From NCBI GenBank assembly GCA_938009745.1, contig CALLII010000040.1, positions 5,733 through 69,732 on the forward strand: 64,000 bases of DNA, given 5' to 3'. Within the stretch, counting starts at the first letter, position 1. The number at the start of each line of letters is the position of its first letter. The stretch is from an uncultured Flavobacteriales bacterium (GTDB lineage: Bacteria; Bacteroidota; Bacteroidia; Flavobacteriales_D; CAJJDF01). Positions 55,805 through 64,000 of the stretch are shown here, piece after piece. Below the pieces are notes generated by a model. It did not search any database and was not told where the DNA came from. It saw nothing but the letters and a program-made list of their open reading frames with translations. The position numbers and the translations under genes are program-made.

Positions 55805-57845
55805 TTTGCTTTTTGGATGAATATCCAAAGTCTTGATAAACTCTTAGTTTGAAATCATCTAAATAATAAGCACTTCCATTTGGGTTGTAAAAGAAGAGTT
55901 TTAACTCACAAATTTCTTGTTCTAATTTTGGGATATTAAACTGAAAATAAAAAGACTGCCATTTTTTTTCTGTGTCACTTATCTTAGATAGTTCTACTTG
56001 TTTGTAATGTATCTCACGACCATTTTTATTAACAGATAAAATTAAACTGCCACCTTTCATTAGCTCTGGGTAAAGAAATCCATTTCCAATAAGTAGAGTT
56101 TCTTTTTTAGAGAAATCAATACTAGAGTCAATAAATGCCAGGCCATACTGCATGGAGGAATCAACTTTTGAAGAAAATAATCCTGAATGAGTTTTAATAG
56201 TATCTCTATTTATATTATTCCATTGGCTTAATAATGTGTCTGTTTCAAAATCTAAGAATTGAATTAACTCAGGCTCGAATAAAGAGGTTCCTAAAAATTG
56301 CTCAAGAGTTTTCGTTTTTCTTTCAATTCTACAAATAGAGATTTTTCCATTATCAAAATCCTTAGATAATCTATTAATTATTTCAGGATACTTTGGTAAG
56401 ATGTCTGTTAAAAAGTATTCGTTTTGAAAAATTACATAATCAACATCCCAATCCAAAGCAGGCTCTATTCTTTCTTTCCAAGGAGCCATTGTACAATAGC
56501 CTTTTCTGTTAAATAATGAAAGGCAATAGTTAGGAGCAAAGGATTCGATCAGTAATATTTTTGCTTCTTTAGATATTCCAAGTTTGTTTAGAATTTCTTC
56601 TCCATTTTGATAATTATGAAAGGTGTTTGGCAATGAATCCCAAAATTTATAGGTATGTCTGTCAGTTTGTTTTTTTTCTGCGGATACAATTAGAGTAAAA
56701 CACGAATAAGCTATTAATCCAGTAAGAATCAATTTCATATTCTTCTTTTCTAAAACAGGAATTTGCTTTAAAAATAAGATTGAACTCAATAGTATTGTTA
56801 GGTAAATACTATCAAGAAAGTAATAATCGTGATTAATGAATTGATAACTCATGGCTACCAAATACATCAAGTTTCCTATCCAAAGTATAGTAGTAAATTT
56901 TGCTAAATCCGATAGTTTGTATTGTCTCTTTAAGATAAAAAATACAGAGCCTAAAATGAGGGTTATGATAAATATTAAATAGTGTTTTGGTAAAAAATAA
57001 TCCATACCCCAGTTCTTCCAAGATTCAGAAATTTTAAAAATAAAGTCATTTAAGTTTTCAGGAGGAGTAAGGTTCCCTAAAAACAGAGAACCATACTTTT
57101 CCTTGAGGTAATTGTTGTACAAAAAGTAACCAAGAATAGAAGAAAATGAAGGCCCAAAAAATAATAGTTTGCGTGATACTTTTTCTCTTTTCTTAATTAG
57201 AAGCAATGCGAAATGACATACTATTGCAACCAAAGGAATGATAAAAGTTGTTCGGCTTAATGCCGCAAGAGTGACAAAAAAGATACTCCATCCAAAGTGC
57301 TTTATTTTACCCGATTTTAAATAAATAAAATACAAGTAAATAGCCAAAATAGCATTTGCTAACGAAGGAATTGTAGGAATAAAACTAGCTTGGTAGAAAA
57401 CAAAAACAGGAGAGGTTGCAGCTATCACAAGTATTAAAAAAGGAAGAGCTGCATTACGAATAAAAAGAGAGCTCAATTTAAACAAAGCAAACAATCCAAT
57501 AAAGCTATAAAGCAAGTTGTATAATCTAGAAATCCATGGCTGTTCGTTTCCTGTTAACTTCATAACAATAGCCGGAACGTAATCGTGAATAGGAAAATCT
57601 ACAGAAGTGATACTTTCCTTTTGTGGCTCACTCCAGTTTCCCGGAAATTGAGGATTTAGAATATAAGTCTCAGGTTTAAAAAAGTTAAGGTCATTTCTTA
57701 CAAAACCTTTTGTAATTGCAAACCTATCTGCTTGTGCCCAAGTATGAGTATTACTAGGATAAGTATTGAGGTATTCCCAATGAAAAATAATACCAATAAC
57801 CGCAATTACCAATATTGGCAACAAAGTGGATAAGGTCTTTTTCAT
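55794..57845 (-). CDS. Polytopic membrane protein, GT-C-like (ArnT/PMT-type) glycosyltransferase candidate with C-terminal soluble domain
   Basis: 683 aa. The first ~400 aa contain about 11 hydrophobic helices, followed by a ~280-aa soluble C-terminus. The family assignment is by overall architecture only. Confidence 0.35.
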   Translation of the reverse strand: MKKTLSTLLPILVIAVIGIIFHWEYLNTYPSNTHTWAQADRFAITKGFVRNDLNFFKPETYILNPQFPGNWSEPQKESITSVDFPIHDYVPAIVMKLTGNEQPWISRLYNLLYSFIGLFALFKLSSLFIRNAALPFLILVIAATSPVFVFYQASFIPTIPSLANAILAIYLYFIYLKSGKIKHFGWSIFFVTLAALSRTTFIIPLVAIVCHFALLLIKKREKVSRKLLFFGPSFSSILGYFLYNNYLKEKYGSLFLGNLTPPENLNDFIFKISESWKNWGMDYFLPKHYLIFIITLILGSVFFILKRQYKLSDLAKFTTILWIGNLMYLVAMSYQFINHDYYFLDSIYLTILLSSILFLKQIPVLEKKNMKLILTGLIAYSCFTLIVSAEKKQTDRHTYKFWDSLPNTFHNYQNGEEILNKLGISKEAKILLIESFAPNYCLSLFNRKGYCTMAPWKERIEPALDWDVDYVIFQNEYFLTDILPKYPEIINRLSKDFDNGKISICRIERKTKTLEQFLGTSLFEPELIQFLDFETDTLLSQWNNINRDTIKTHSGLFSSKVDSSMQYGLAFIDSSIDFSKKETLLIGNGFLYPELMKGGSLILSVNKNGREIHYKQVELSKISDTEKKWQSFYFQFNIPKLEQEICELKLFFYNPNGSAYYLDDFKLRVYQDFGYSSKKQTIY

Positions 57846-58007
57846 TGTTTTTTTAGTTTAATTCTAAAAGTAAGCAATTCATTTCTTATTCTAAATCTCA
57901 AAATGATAAGAGTTTATTTAAATACATTCTACTTGGGATGATGAACTCTATGCTTCATTACAATTAATTGTTTCCCAATAATAGTTATCTTTGTAACCCT
58001 TAAAAAC

Positions 58008-59966
58008 ATGATTTCACAAGATACCATAGCATCCATTTTTGATTCTGCTCGAGTAGAGGAGGTAGTTGGCGATTACGTTACGTTAAAAAAACGTGGGGTA
58101 AACCTTATTGGTAATTGTCCATTTCATGATGAAAAGTCTCCTTCATTTACTGTGTCATCTACCAAAGGTATTTATAAATGCTTTGGTTGTGGTAAAGCAG
58201 GAAACTCAGTGAATTTCATGATGGATCATGAGCAAATGACTTATCCTGAAGCATTAAGGTATTTGGCTAACAAATACAATATCGAGATTGAAGAAAAAGA
58301 GCAGTCTCCTGAGCAAATGCAGGCTCAGTCTAGCAGGGAATCGTTACAAATTGTAAACTCTTATGCTCAGAAATTTTTCTCCGATCAATTATTAAATTCA
58401 GATGAAGGCAAATCAATAGCCTTATCTTACTTTAAAGAAAGAGGTTACTCTATTGAAACAATTGAGAAGTTTCAGTTAGGTTACAATCCAGGGAAATGGG
58501 ATAGTTTTACCTCTTCTGCTATTAAGGAAGGATACAAAGAAGAATTTTTACTAAAAGCAGGTTTAACAAAAGGAGAGCCAAACAAAAGATTCGATTTTTT
58601 TAAAGGTCGTGTCATGTTTCCTATTCATAATATTACAGGAAGAGTAATTGCCTTTGGAGGAAGAATACTTACCAATGATAAGAAAACAGCTAAGTATTTT
58701 AATTCTCCCGAGACAGAATTATACAATAAAAGTAAAGTGCTTTACGGACTATACTTTGCAAAAAAAGACATAGTAAAATTAAATAATTGCTTACTGGTTG
58801 AGGGTTACACGGATGTTATCTCAATGCATCAGAGAGGAATAGAAAATGTAGTGAGTTCTTCCGGGACTTCGCTAACAGCCGATCAAATAAAACTGATAAA
58901 AAGATACACACCAAACATTACTATTTTGTTTGATGGAGATGTTGCAGGTATTAAAGCTTCTTTTAGAGGAATTGACATGATTCTTAAAGAAGGACTGAAT
59001 GTAAAAGTTGTTTTGTTCCCAGATGGAGAAGACCCAGATTCGTATGCAAAAAAACTAAGTAAGCCCGAAATAGATGATTTCATTTCGACTAACTCTAAGG
59101 ATTTTATCCGATTTAAAAGTGATTTACTTTTAGATGATGCCAAAAATGATCCAATTAAAAAGGCTGAGTTGGTTAAGGAGATTTTATCTACAATATCCGT
59201 TATAAGTGATGAAGTAAAGAGGTCTATTTACATGTCTGAGTGTTCGAGCAGATTTGGGATTGCTGAAAAAGCACTATATAACGAGTTAAATAAAATACTT
59301 CGTAATAATTTTAAAACAGAAAGAAGAGGGAATGATTATTCTCGTAACGAAGTTGAGGTATTTGAGTACAAAGAAGAACCAAAAGCTGAGCTTAAACATG
59401 GAGAGACTGATTTAGAATATCTGGAAAAAGACTTGATTAGATTATTAGTTAATTATGGAGAGAAAGAAGTCGTTTTTTATCAAGAAAATGAAGGGGAAGA
59501 GAATGAGGAGGTAACCATAACTGTATCTGATTATATTGTTCATACACTTGAAAATGATGAAATTAAGTTTTCAAAATCTGCTTATCAAAAGATATTTGAT
59601 CACTACTCCAAATTGGTTCATGATGAAAAACCAATAGAGGTTAGGTCGTTAATGCTTAACCCTGATGTTGAGATTGTTGAAAATGTAGTTTCGTTAAGTT
59701 CTCAGAAATACGAGTTGAGTGAAAATTGGAGAGTGAAACATAAAATATATGTTTCTACGGAGGATATGAATTTAAAATTTGCTTTGGAGCATTCAGTATT
59801 GGCATTACAATTAAAAAAAGTAGAAATAAACATACAAGATATCCAGGATAAACTAAAAGAAGGGCCTGGTGAAGAAGAAGTAGAGAGGCTACTTTCTTCT
59901 CAACTTACTTACATAGAACTAAAAAAAGTTATTTCGGATAAATTGAATAGAGTGATTTTAAAATAA
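58008..59966 (+). CDS. dnaG: DNA primase
   Basis: 652 aa with a zinc ribbon (CPFHDEKSPSFTVSSTKGIYKCFGCG) and a Toprim domain (LLVEGYTDVISMHQRG...FDGDVAG). Confidence 0.95.
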   Translation: MISQDTIASIFDSARVEEVVGDYVTLKKRGVNLIGNCPFHDEKSPSFTVSSTKGIYKCFGCGKAGNSVNFMMDHEQMTYPEALRYLANKYNIEIEEKEQSPEQMQAQSSRESLQIVNSYAQKFFSDQLLNSDEGKSIALSYFKERGYSIETIEKFQLGYNPGKWDSFTSSAIKEGYKEEFLLKAGLTKGEPNKRFDFFKGRVMFPIHNITGRVIAFGGRILTNDKKTAKYFNSPETELYNKSKVLYGLYFAKKDIVKLNNCLLVEGYTDVISMHQRGIENVVSSSGTSLTADQIKLIKRYTPNITILFDGDVAGIKASFRGIDMILKEGLNVKVVLFPDGEDPDSYAKKLSKPEIDDFISTNSKDFIRFKSDLLLDDAKNDPIKKAELVKEILSTISVISDEVKRSIYMSECSSRFGIAEKALYNELNKILRNNFKTERRGNDYSRNEVEVFEYKEEPKAELKHGETDLEYLEKDLIRLLVNYGEKEVVFYQENEGEENEEVTITVSDYIVHTLENDEIKFSKSAYQKIFDHYSKLVHDEKPIEVRSLMLNPDVEIVENVVSLSSQKYELSENWRVKHKIYVSTEDMNLKFALEHSVLALQLKKVEINIQDIQDKLKEGPGEEEVERLLSSQLTYIELKKVISDKLNRVILK

Positions 59967-60105
59967 AAAAGCGGAAAGTTTTATAAAGCACTATTTTTTT
60001 TAATTAAGTAATTTAAAATTAGATAGTTATGAATTTAATTGATTGCTTAAAAATTAGTATAGGTAAAACAAATAATATTTTACACAATTAATTGTTAATC
60101 AAAGT

Positions 60106-60135
60106 TTGTTCCGAAATAAAATTATTTTACCTTTG
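60106..60135 (+). promoter_or_regulatory. Bacteroidota-type promoter for the rplM-rpsI operon (TTG-N19-TAccTTTG)
   Basis: TTG at 60106-60108, an exact 19-nt spacer, then TACCTTTG at 60128-60135. This lies 40 nt upstream of the GTG start. Confidence 0.55.
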
Positions 60136-60174
60136 CAGTCCATAAAATAAGAACAATACTAAATACATATACAA

Positions 60175-60633
60175 GTGGATACACTAAGTTATAAAACAAT
60201 ATCAGCAAATAAAGAGAACGCAAACATGGAATGGTTTGTAATTGATGCTGAAGGACAAAGACTAGGAAGATTGGCAAGTAATGTTGCTAAACTAGTAAGA
60301 GGAAAGCACAAAACAAACTTTACTCCACACGCTAACTGTGGTGATAGAGTGATTATCATCAATGCTGAAAAGATTGAATTAACAGGTGCTAAGTGGGACA
60401 ACAAAACCTACATCAGATACACAGGTTATCCAGGTGGGCAGAGATCTGCTACTGCAAGAGAGATTATGGCTAAGAACCCAATTTCTTTAGTAGAAAGAGC
60501 TGTAAAAGGAATGTTGCCAAAAAACACTCTTGGAAGAGATATCTACAGAAACAACTTATATGTTGTTGCAGGAACTGAGCATGCTCATGCAGCTCAAAAG
60601 CCAAAGACGATTAAATTAGAAGACATTAAATAA
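60175..60633 (+). CDS. rplM: 50S ribosomal protein L13 (GTG start)
   Basis: 152 aa (MDTLSYKTISANKENANMEWFVIDAEGQRLGRLAS...). Confidence 0.95.
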   Translation: MDTLSYKTISANKENANMEWFVIDAEGQRLGRLASNVAKLVRGKHKTNFTPHANCGDRVIIINAEKIELTGAKWDNKTYIRYTGYPGGQRSATAREIMAKNPISLVERAVKGMLPKNTLGRDIYRNNLYVVAGTEHAHAAQKPKTIKLEDIK

Positions 60634-60644
60634 CAAAAAACAGA

Positions 60645-61031
60645 ATGGAAGTTATTAATACAATAGGAAGAAGAAAAACATCTATCGCTAGAGTTTATTT
60701 ATCTGAAGGAAAAGGAAACGTAACAATTAATAAAAAAGACTACAAAGATTACTTTGCAACTAAATTGCAACAAGGTAAAGTAGATCAAGCTTTTATTATT
60801 ACTGATACATTAGGTCAATATGATGTGACTATTAATGTTGATGGTGGAGGGTTTACTGGACAAGTTGAAGCAATAAGATTAGGTATTTCTAGAGCATTGG
60901 TGAAAATCAATGAAGAATATAAGCCAGCTTTAAGAGCAGAAGGATTAATGACAAGAGATTCAAGAATGGTAGAGAGAAAGAAGCCAGGACAGAAGAAAGC
61001 AAGAAAGAAATTTCAATTTAGTAAGCGTTAA
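60645..61031 (+). CDS. rpsI: 30S ribosomal protein S9
   Basis: 128 aa (GRRKTSIARVYL...) with the C-terminus ...KKARKKFQFSKR. Confidence 0.95.
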   Translation: MEVINTIGRRKTSIARVYLSEGKGNVTINKKDYKDYFATKLQQGKVDQAFIITDTLGQYDVTINVDGGGFTGQVEAIRLGISRALVKINEEYKPALRAEGLMTRDSRMVERKKPGQKKARKKFQFSKR

Positions 61032-61142
61032 TATACACAAAACCAAATTTTGTTTAGTATCTAAACTTATTGGACTATCCCGAAAAGAATTCGGGATGCT
61101 ACCATTAATGTTGATTGAGAACAGAATGTAAACAACAATAAA

Positions 61143-61862
61143 ATGAGAACAAACTTTGACGAGTTATTAGAAGCAGGTGTACATTTTGGACACTTAAAAA
61201 GTAAGTGGAACCCAAGTATGGCTCCATACATTTTTTCAGAAAAAAATGGAATACACGTAATCGATCTTAACAAAACTGTTAGAAAGATTGAAACTGCGGC
61301 AGCAGCAATGAAGCAAATTACAAAATCTGGAAAAAAGGTTTTGTTTGTAGCAACAAAAAAACAAGCCAAACATGTAGTAGCTGAATTAGTAAAAGAAACT
61401 AACATGCCTTACGTAACTGAAAGATGGTTAGGAGGAATGTTAACGAACTTTTCTACAGTGAAAAAATCGATTAGAAAAATGCAAGCATACGATAAGATGC
61501 TAGTAGATGGAACAATCGAAACTATGTCTAAAAGAGAAAGATTACAAAGATCTAGACAAAGAGAAAAGTTGGAAACTGTATTCGGATCTATTTCTGATAT
61601 GAACAGAACTCCAGCAGCTATCTTTATCGTAGATGTTAAAAAAGAAAACATTGCATTTGCTGAAGCAACAAAGTTAGGAATTCCTGTTTTTGCTATGGTT
61701 GATACAAACTCAAATCCTAAAGGAGTTGATTTTGTAATTCCATCAAATGATGATGCATCTAAATCTATCGCTAAAGTAATCGGAATTATGGCAGAAGCTA
61801 TCAAAGAAGGATTATCTGAAAGAAGTGCTGCAAAAGGAAAAGAAGTTGCTGCAAAAGCATAA
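61143..61862 (+). CDS. rpsB: 30S ribosomal protein S2
   Basis: 239 aa (LLEAGVHFGHLKSKWNPSMAPYIF...). Confidence 0.95.
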   Translation: MRTNFDELLEAGVHFGHLKSKWNPSMAPYIFSEKNGIHVIDLNKTVRKIETAAAAMKQITKSGKKVLFVATKKQAKHVVAELVKETNMPYVTERWLGGMLTNFSTVKKSIRKMQAYDKMLVDGTIETMSKRERLQRSRQREKLETVFGSISDMNRTPAAIFIVDVKKENIAFAEATKLGIPVFAMVDTNSNPKGVDFVIPSNDDASKSIAKVIGIMAEAIKEGLSERSAAKGKEVAAKA

Positions 61863-61889
61863 TTATAAAATTTCAATACATTTAAAAAA

Positions 61890-62717
61890 ATGAAAATTAC
61901 TGCATCTCAAGTAAATGAGTTAAGAAAAAAGACAGGTTCAGGAATGATGGACTGTAAAAAAGCCTTAGTTGAAGCTGAAGGTGATATGGAAGTTGCAATT
62001 GATATCCTTAGAAAAAAAGGACAAAAAGTTGCTGCCAAAAGAAGTGATAGAGAAACAGGAGAAGGTTTAGTTATCGCTAATATTAACGAAAGTGGTTCAA
62101 GAGGATACTTAGTAGTATTAGGATGTGAAACTGATTTTGTTGCTAAAAATGATTCTTACAATCAATTAACTCAATCATTTGTTAAAATTGCAATGGAAAA
62201 TAATCCTGCAAGTTTAGAAGAATTTAACGCATTAAAATATGACGATAAATTAACCGTAGCTGAAAAGATTATTGAGCAAGTAGGTGTAATTGGAGAAAAA
62301 TTAGTATTGGACTATAAAGTAGTAGATGCTGAATGTGTTGTAGCTTACAATCACCCAGGAAACCAAATTGCTACTATAGTAGGATTAAATAAAAATGGAG
62401 AAGAAGTTAAAGTTGCAGGTAAACAAGTTGCAATGCAAGTTGCTTCAATGGCACCAGTAGCATTAAATAAAGATGCTGTTTCTGCAGAAACTATCGCAAG
62501 AGAGTTAGAAGTAGGAAAAGAATTAGCTATCCAAGAAGGTAAACCAGTTGAAATGGCTGACAAAATTGCTCAAGGAAGATTAGGTAAATTCTTTAAAGAA
62601 AATACACTAATGGAACAAGCAATGTTTACTGATAACAAGAAGAGTGTAACACAATTCTTACAAGACACAGACAAAGAGTTAACTGTAACAGGATTTGAAA
62701 GAATCTCATTAAGTTAA
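61890..62717 (+). CDS. tsf: Translation elongation factor Ts
   Basis: 275 aa (VNELRKKTGSGMMDCKKALVEAEGDMEVAIDILRKKG). Confidence 0.95.
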   Translation: MKITASQVNELRKKTGSGMMDCKKALVEAEGDMEVAIDILRKKGQKVAAKRSDRETGEGLVIANINESGSRGYLVVLGCETDFVAKNDSYNQLTQSFVKIAMENNPASLEEFNALKYDDKLTVAEKIIEQVGVIGEKLVLDYKVVDAECVVAYNHPGNQIATIVGLNKNGEEVKVAGKQVAMQVASMAPVALNKDAVSAETIARELEVGKELAIQEGKPVEMADKIAQGRLGKFFKENTLMEQAMFTDNKKSVTQFLQDTDKELTVTGFERISLS

Positions 62718-62738
62718 TAATTTTAGATATTAAAAAAA

Positions 62739-62770
62739 GAAGAGAGAATTTATAGTTCTCTCTTTTTTTT
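62739..62770 (+). terminator. Rho-independent terminator downstream of tsf
   Basis: Stem AGAGAGAA/TTCTCTCT (62741-62748 / 62756-62763, extendable), followed by T7 at 62764-62770. Confidence 0.7.
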
Positions 62771-62859
62771 CGCTTAATTTTAAGCAATCGTTATATAAAA
62801 ACGTCTATCAAGTAGCGTTTTTTAAAAAATTACCTATTTTTAGAACAACAATAATTACT

Positions 62860-63567
62860 ATGGAATTTAATAGAGTATTACTAAAACTAAGTGGAGAAGC
62901 TTTAATGGGAGATAAGCAATTTGGTATTGATAATATCAGGTTAACTAACTATGCTAAAGAAATAAAGGCAGCTCATGAACAAGGAATTGAGATAGCAATA
63001 GTAATAGGAGGAGGAAATATTTTTAGAGGTGTACAAGCCGAAAAAGGTATTATGGAAAGAGTTCAAGGTGACTACATGGGAATGTTAGCTACCATGATTA
63101 ATGGATTAGCTTTACAGGCAGCACTTGAAAGTAATGGAATGAAAACTAGACTGATGTCTTCAATTAAAATGGAGCAGATAGCTGAGCCTTATATCAGAAG
63201 AAGAGCAATTCGTCACTTAGAGAAAGGAAGGATTGTTATTTTTGGAGCAGGAACGGGAAGTCCATATTTTACAACCGATTCAGCAGCATCACTAAGAGCT
63301 ATTGAAATAGAAGCTGATGTAATATTAAAAGGCACTAGAGTGGATGGAATATATTCTGCTGATCCAGAAAAGGATCCGACAGCTACTAAATTCGAGAGTA
63401 TAACTTTTGATGAGGTTTATGAAAAAGGACTTAATATAATGGACCTTACTGCTTTTACTTTATGTAAAGAAAACAATTTACCAATAATCGTTTTTGATAT
63501 GAATGAACCAGGTAATTTGAATAAGGTAGTTCAAGGAGAGCATAAAGGAACTTTAGTAAAAGCATAG
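62860..63567 (+). CDS. pyrH: UMP kinase
   Basis: 235 aa ([13 protein letters not shown]...[11 protein letters not shown]...). Confidence 0.95.
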   Translation: MEFNRVLLKLSGEALMGDKQFGIDNIRLTNYAKEIKAAHEQGIEIAIVIGGGNIFRGVQAEKGIMERVQGDYMGMLATMINGLALQAALESNGMKTRLMSSIKMEQIAEPYIRRRAIRHLEKGRIVIFGAGTGSPYFTTDSAASLRAIEIEADVILKGTRVDGIYSADPEKDPTATKFESITFDEVYEKGLNIMDLTAFTLCKENNLPIIVFDMNEPGNLNKVVQGEHKGTLVKA

Positions 63568-63612
63568 CAATTATTAAAAAATTATATATTTTTAGAAAAT
63601 AATTATTTTAAG

Positions 63613-64000
63613 ATGACGGAAGAAATTCAATTCGCACTAGATGAAGCCAAAAGTCAAATGGCTCAAGCAATGGAACATTTAAGTTCAGAGTTAACTAAGA
63701 TTAGAGCAGGAAAAGCTAATCCATCAATGTTGGATAGCGTTTCGGTAGATTATTATGGATCTATGACACCATTGTCTCAAGTGGCCAATGTAAGTACTAT
63801 TGATGCTCGTACTATTACAGTTCAGCCATGGGAAAAAGCAATGTTAGATGAGATTTCTAGAGGAATCATTAATTCTAATTTAGGATTAAATCCACAAAAT
63901 AATGGTGAAGTAATTTTAATAAACGTCCCAGCACTTACCGAGGAGAGAAGGAGAGAATTAGTGAAAAGAGCTAAAGCTGAAGGAGAAACTGCTAAAATAT
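63613..64000 (+). CDS. frr: Ribosome recycling factor, 3'-truncated by window edge
   Basis: Absent from the ORF track. Manual translation from the ATG at 63613 gives MTEEIQFALDEAKSQMAQAMEHLSSELTKIRAGKANPSMLDSVSVDYYGSMTPLSQVANVS...LTEERRRELVKRAKAEGETAKI. Confidence 0.9.
   Translation, partial: MTEEIQFALDEAKSQMAQAMEHLSSELTKIRAGKANPSMLDSVSVDYYGSMTPLSQVANVSTIDARTITVQPWEKAMLDEISRGIINSNLGLNPQNNGEVILINVPALTEERRRELVKRAKAEGETAKI

Noticed and set aside
61067-61876. Two minus-strand ORFs (112 aa and 155 aa) covering the rpsB region
   Set aside because: They lie opposite the unmistakable ribosomal protein S2 gene, are hydrophobic and low-complexity, and have no recognisable features.

Overview
This is a low-GC chromosomal segment that looks like Bacteroidota, probably Flavobacteriia. 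The lineage call rests on four cargo proteins with T9SS-type C-terminal sorting domains, a TTG-N19-TAnnTTTG promoter architecture, the rplM-rpsI-rpsB-tsf-pyrH-frr gene order, and a ctaB-coxIII-coxIV-SCO-DUF420 cluster.

The window is gene-dense, with about 50 CDS and one tRNA-Ser(GGA). I found no rRNA, CRISPR array, transposase, integrase or recognisable defence genes.

Housekeeping genes:
- Chaperone and replication/repair: htpG, dinB, dnaG.
- Fe-S assembly and cofactor synthesis: sufC/D/S, lipA.
- Translation and central metabolism: lepA, gap, a ribosomal-protein cluster.
- Respiration and energy coupling: cytochrome oxidase assembly genes, an exbB/exbD cluster.

These are interleaved with envelope and surface genes:
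- A thrombospondin-repeat OmpA protein.
- A 1697-aa repeat protein.
- A 1629-aa T9SS beta-helix/LTD adhesin.
- A T9SS BNR-propeller protein.
- A BamA-family protein.
- A VWA protein.

I do not see an unambiguous novel system. The best candidate is a terminator-bounded three-gene operon (47454-53423, minus strand). It encodes a T9SS lamin-tail-domain protein, a TonB-dependent receptor and a T9SS Endonuclease-I protein, and a Crp/Fnr regulator diverges from it. I interpret it as a possible PUL-like locus for capturing, degrading and importing extracellular DNA.

Secondary leads:
- The giant protein with a 57-aa tandem repeat and a Lys/Ala/Glu-rich block, plus its partner lipoprotein.
- dinB translationally coupled to a DUF45/YgjP zincin.
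- An alkyltransferase-like (PAHRV) protein coupled to sufS in a suf operon that lacks sufB.
- A PTP-like CX5A domain fused to two OmpA domains.
- A perfect 24-bp inverted-repeat element.
- An unlisted 56-aa lipoprotein gene.

All domain calls come from reading the translations by eye. No database search was run.
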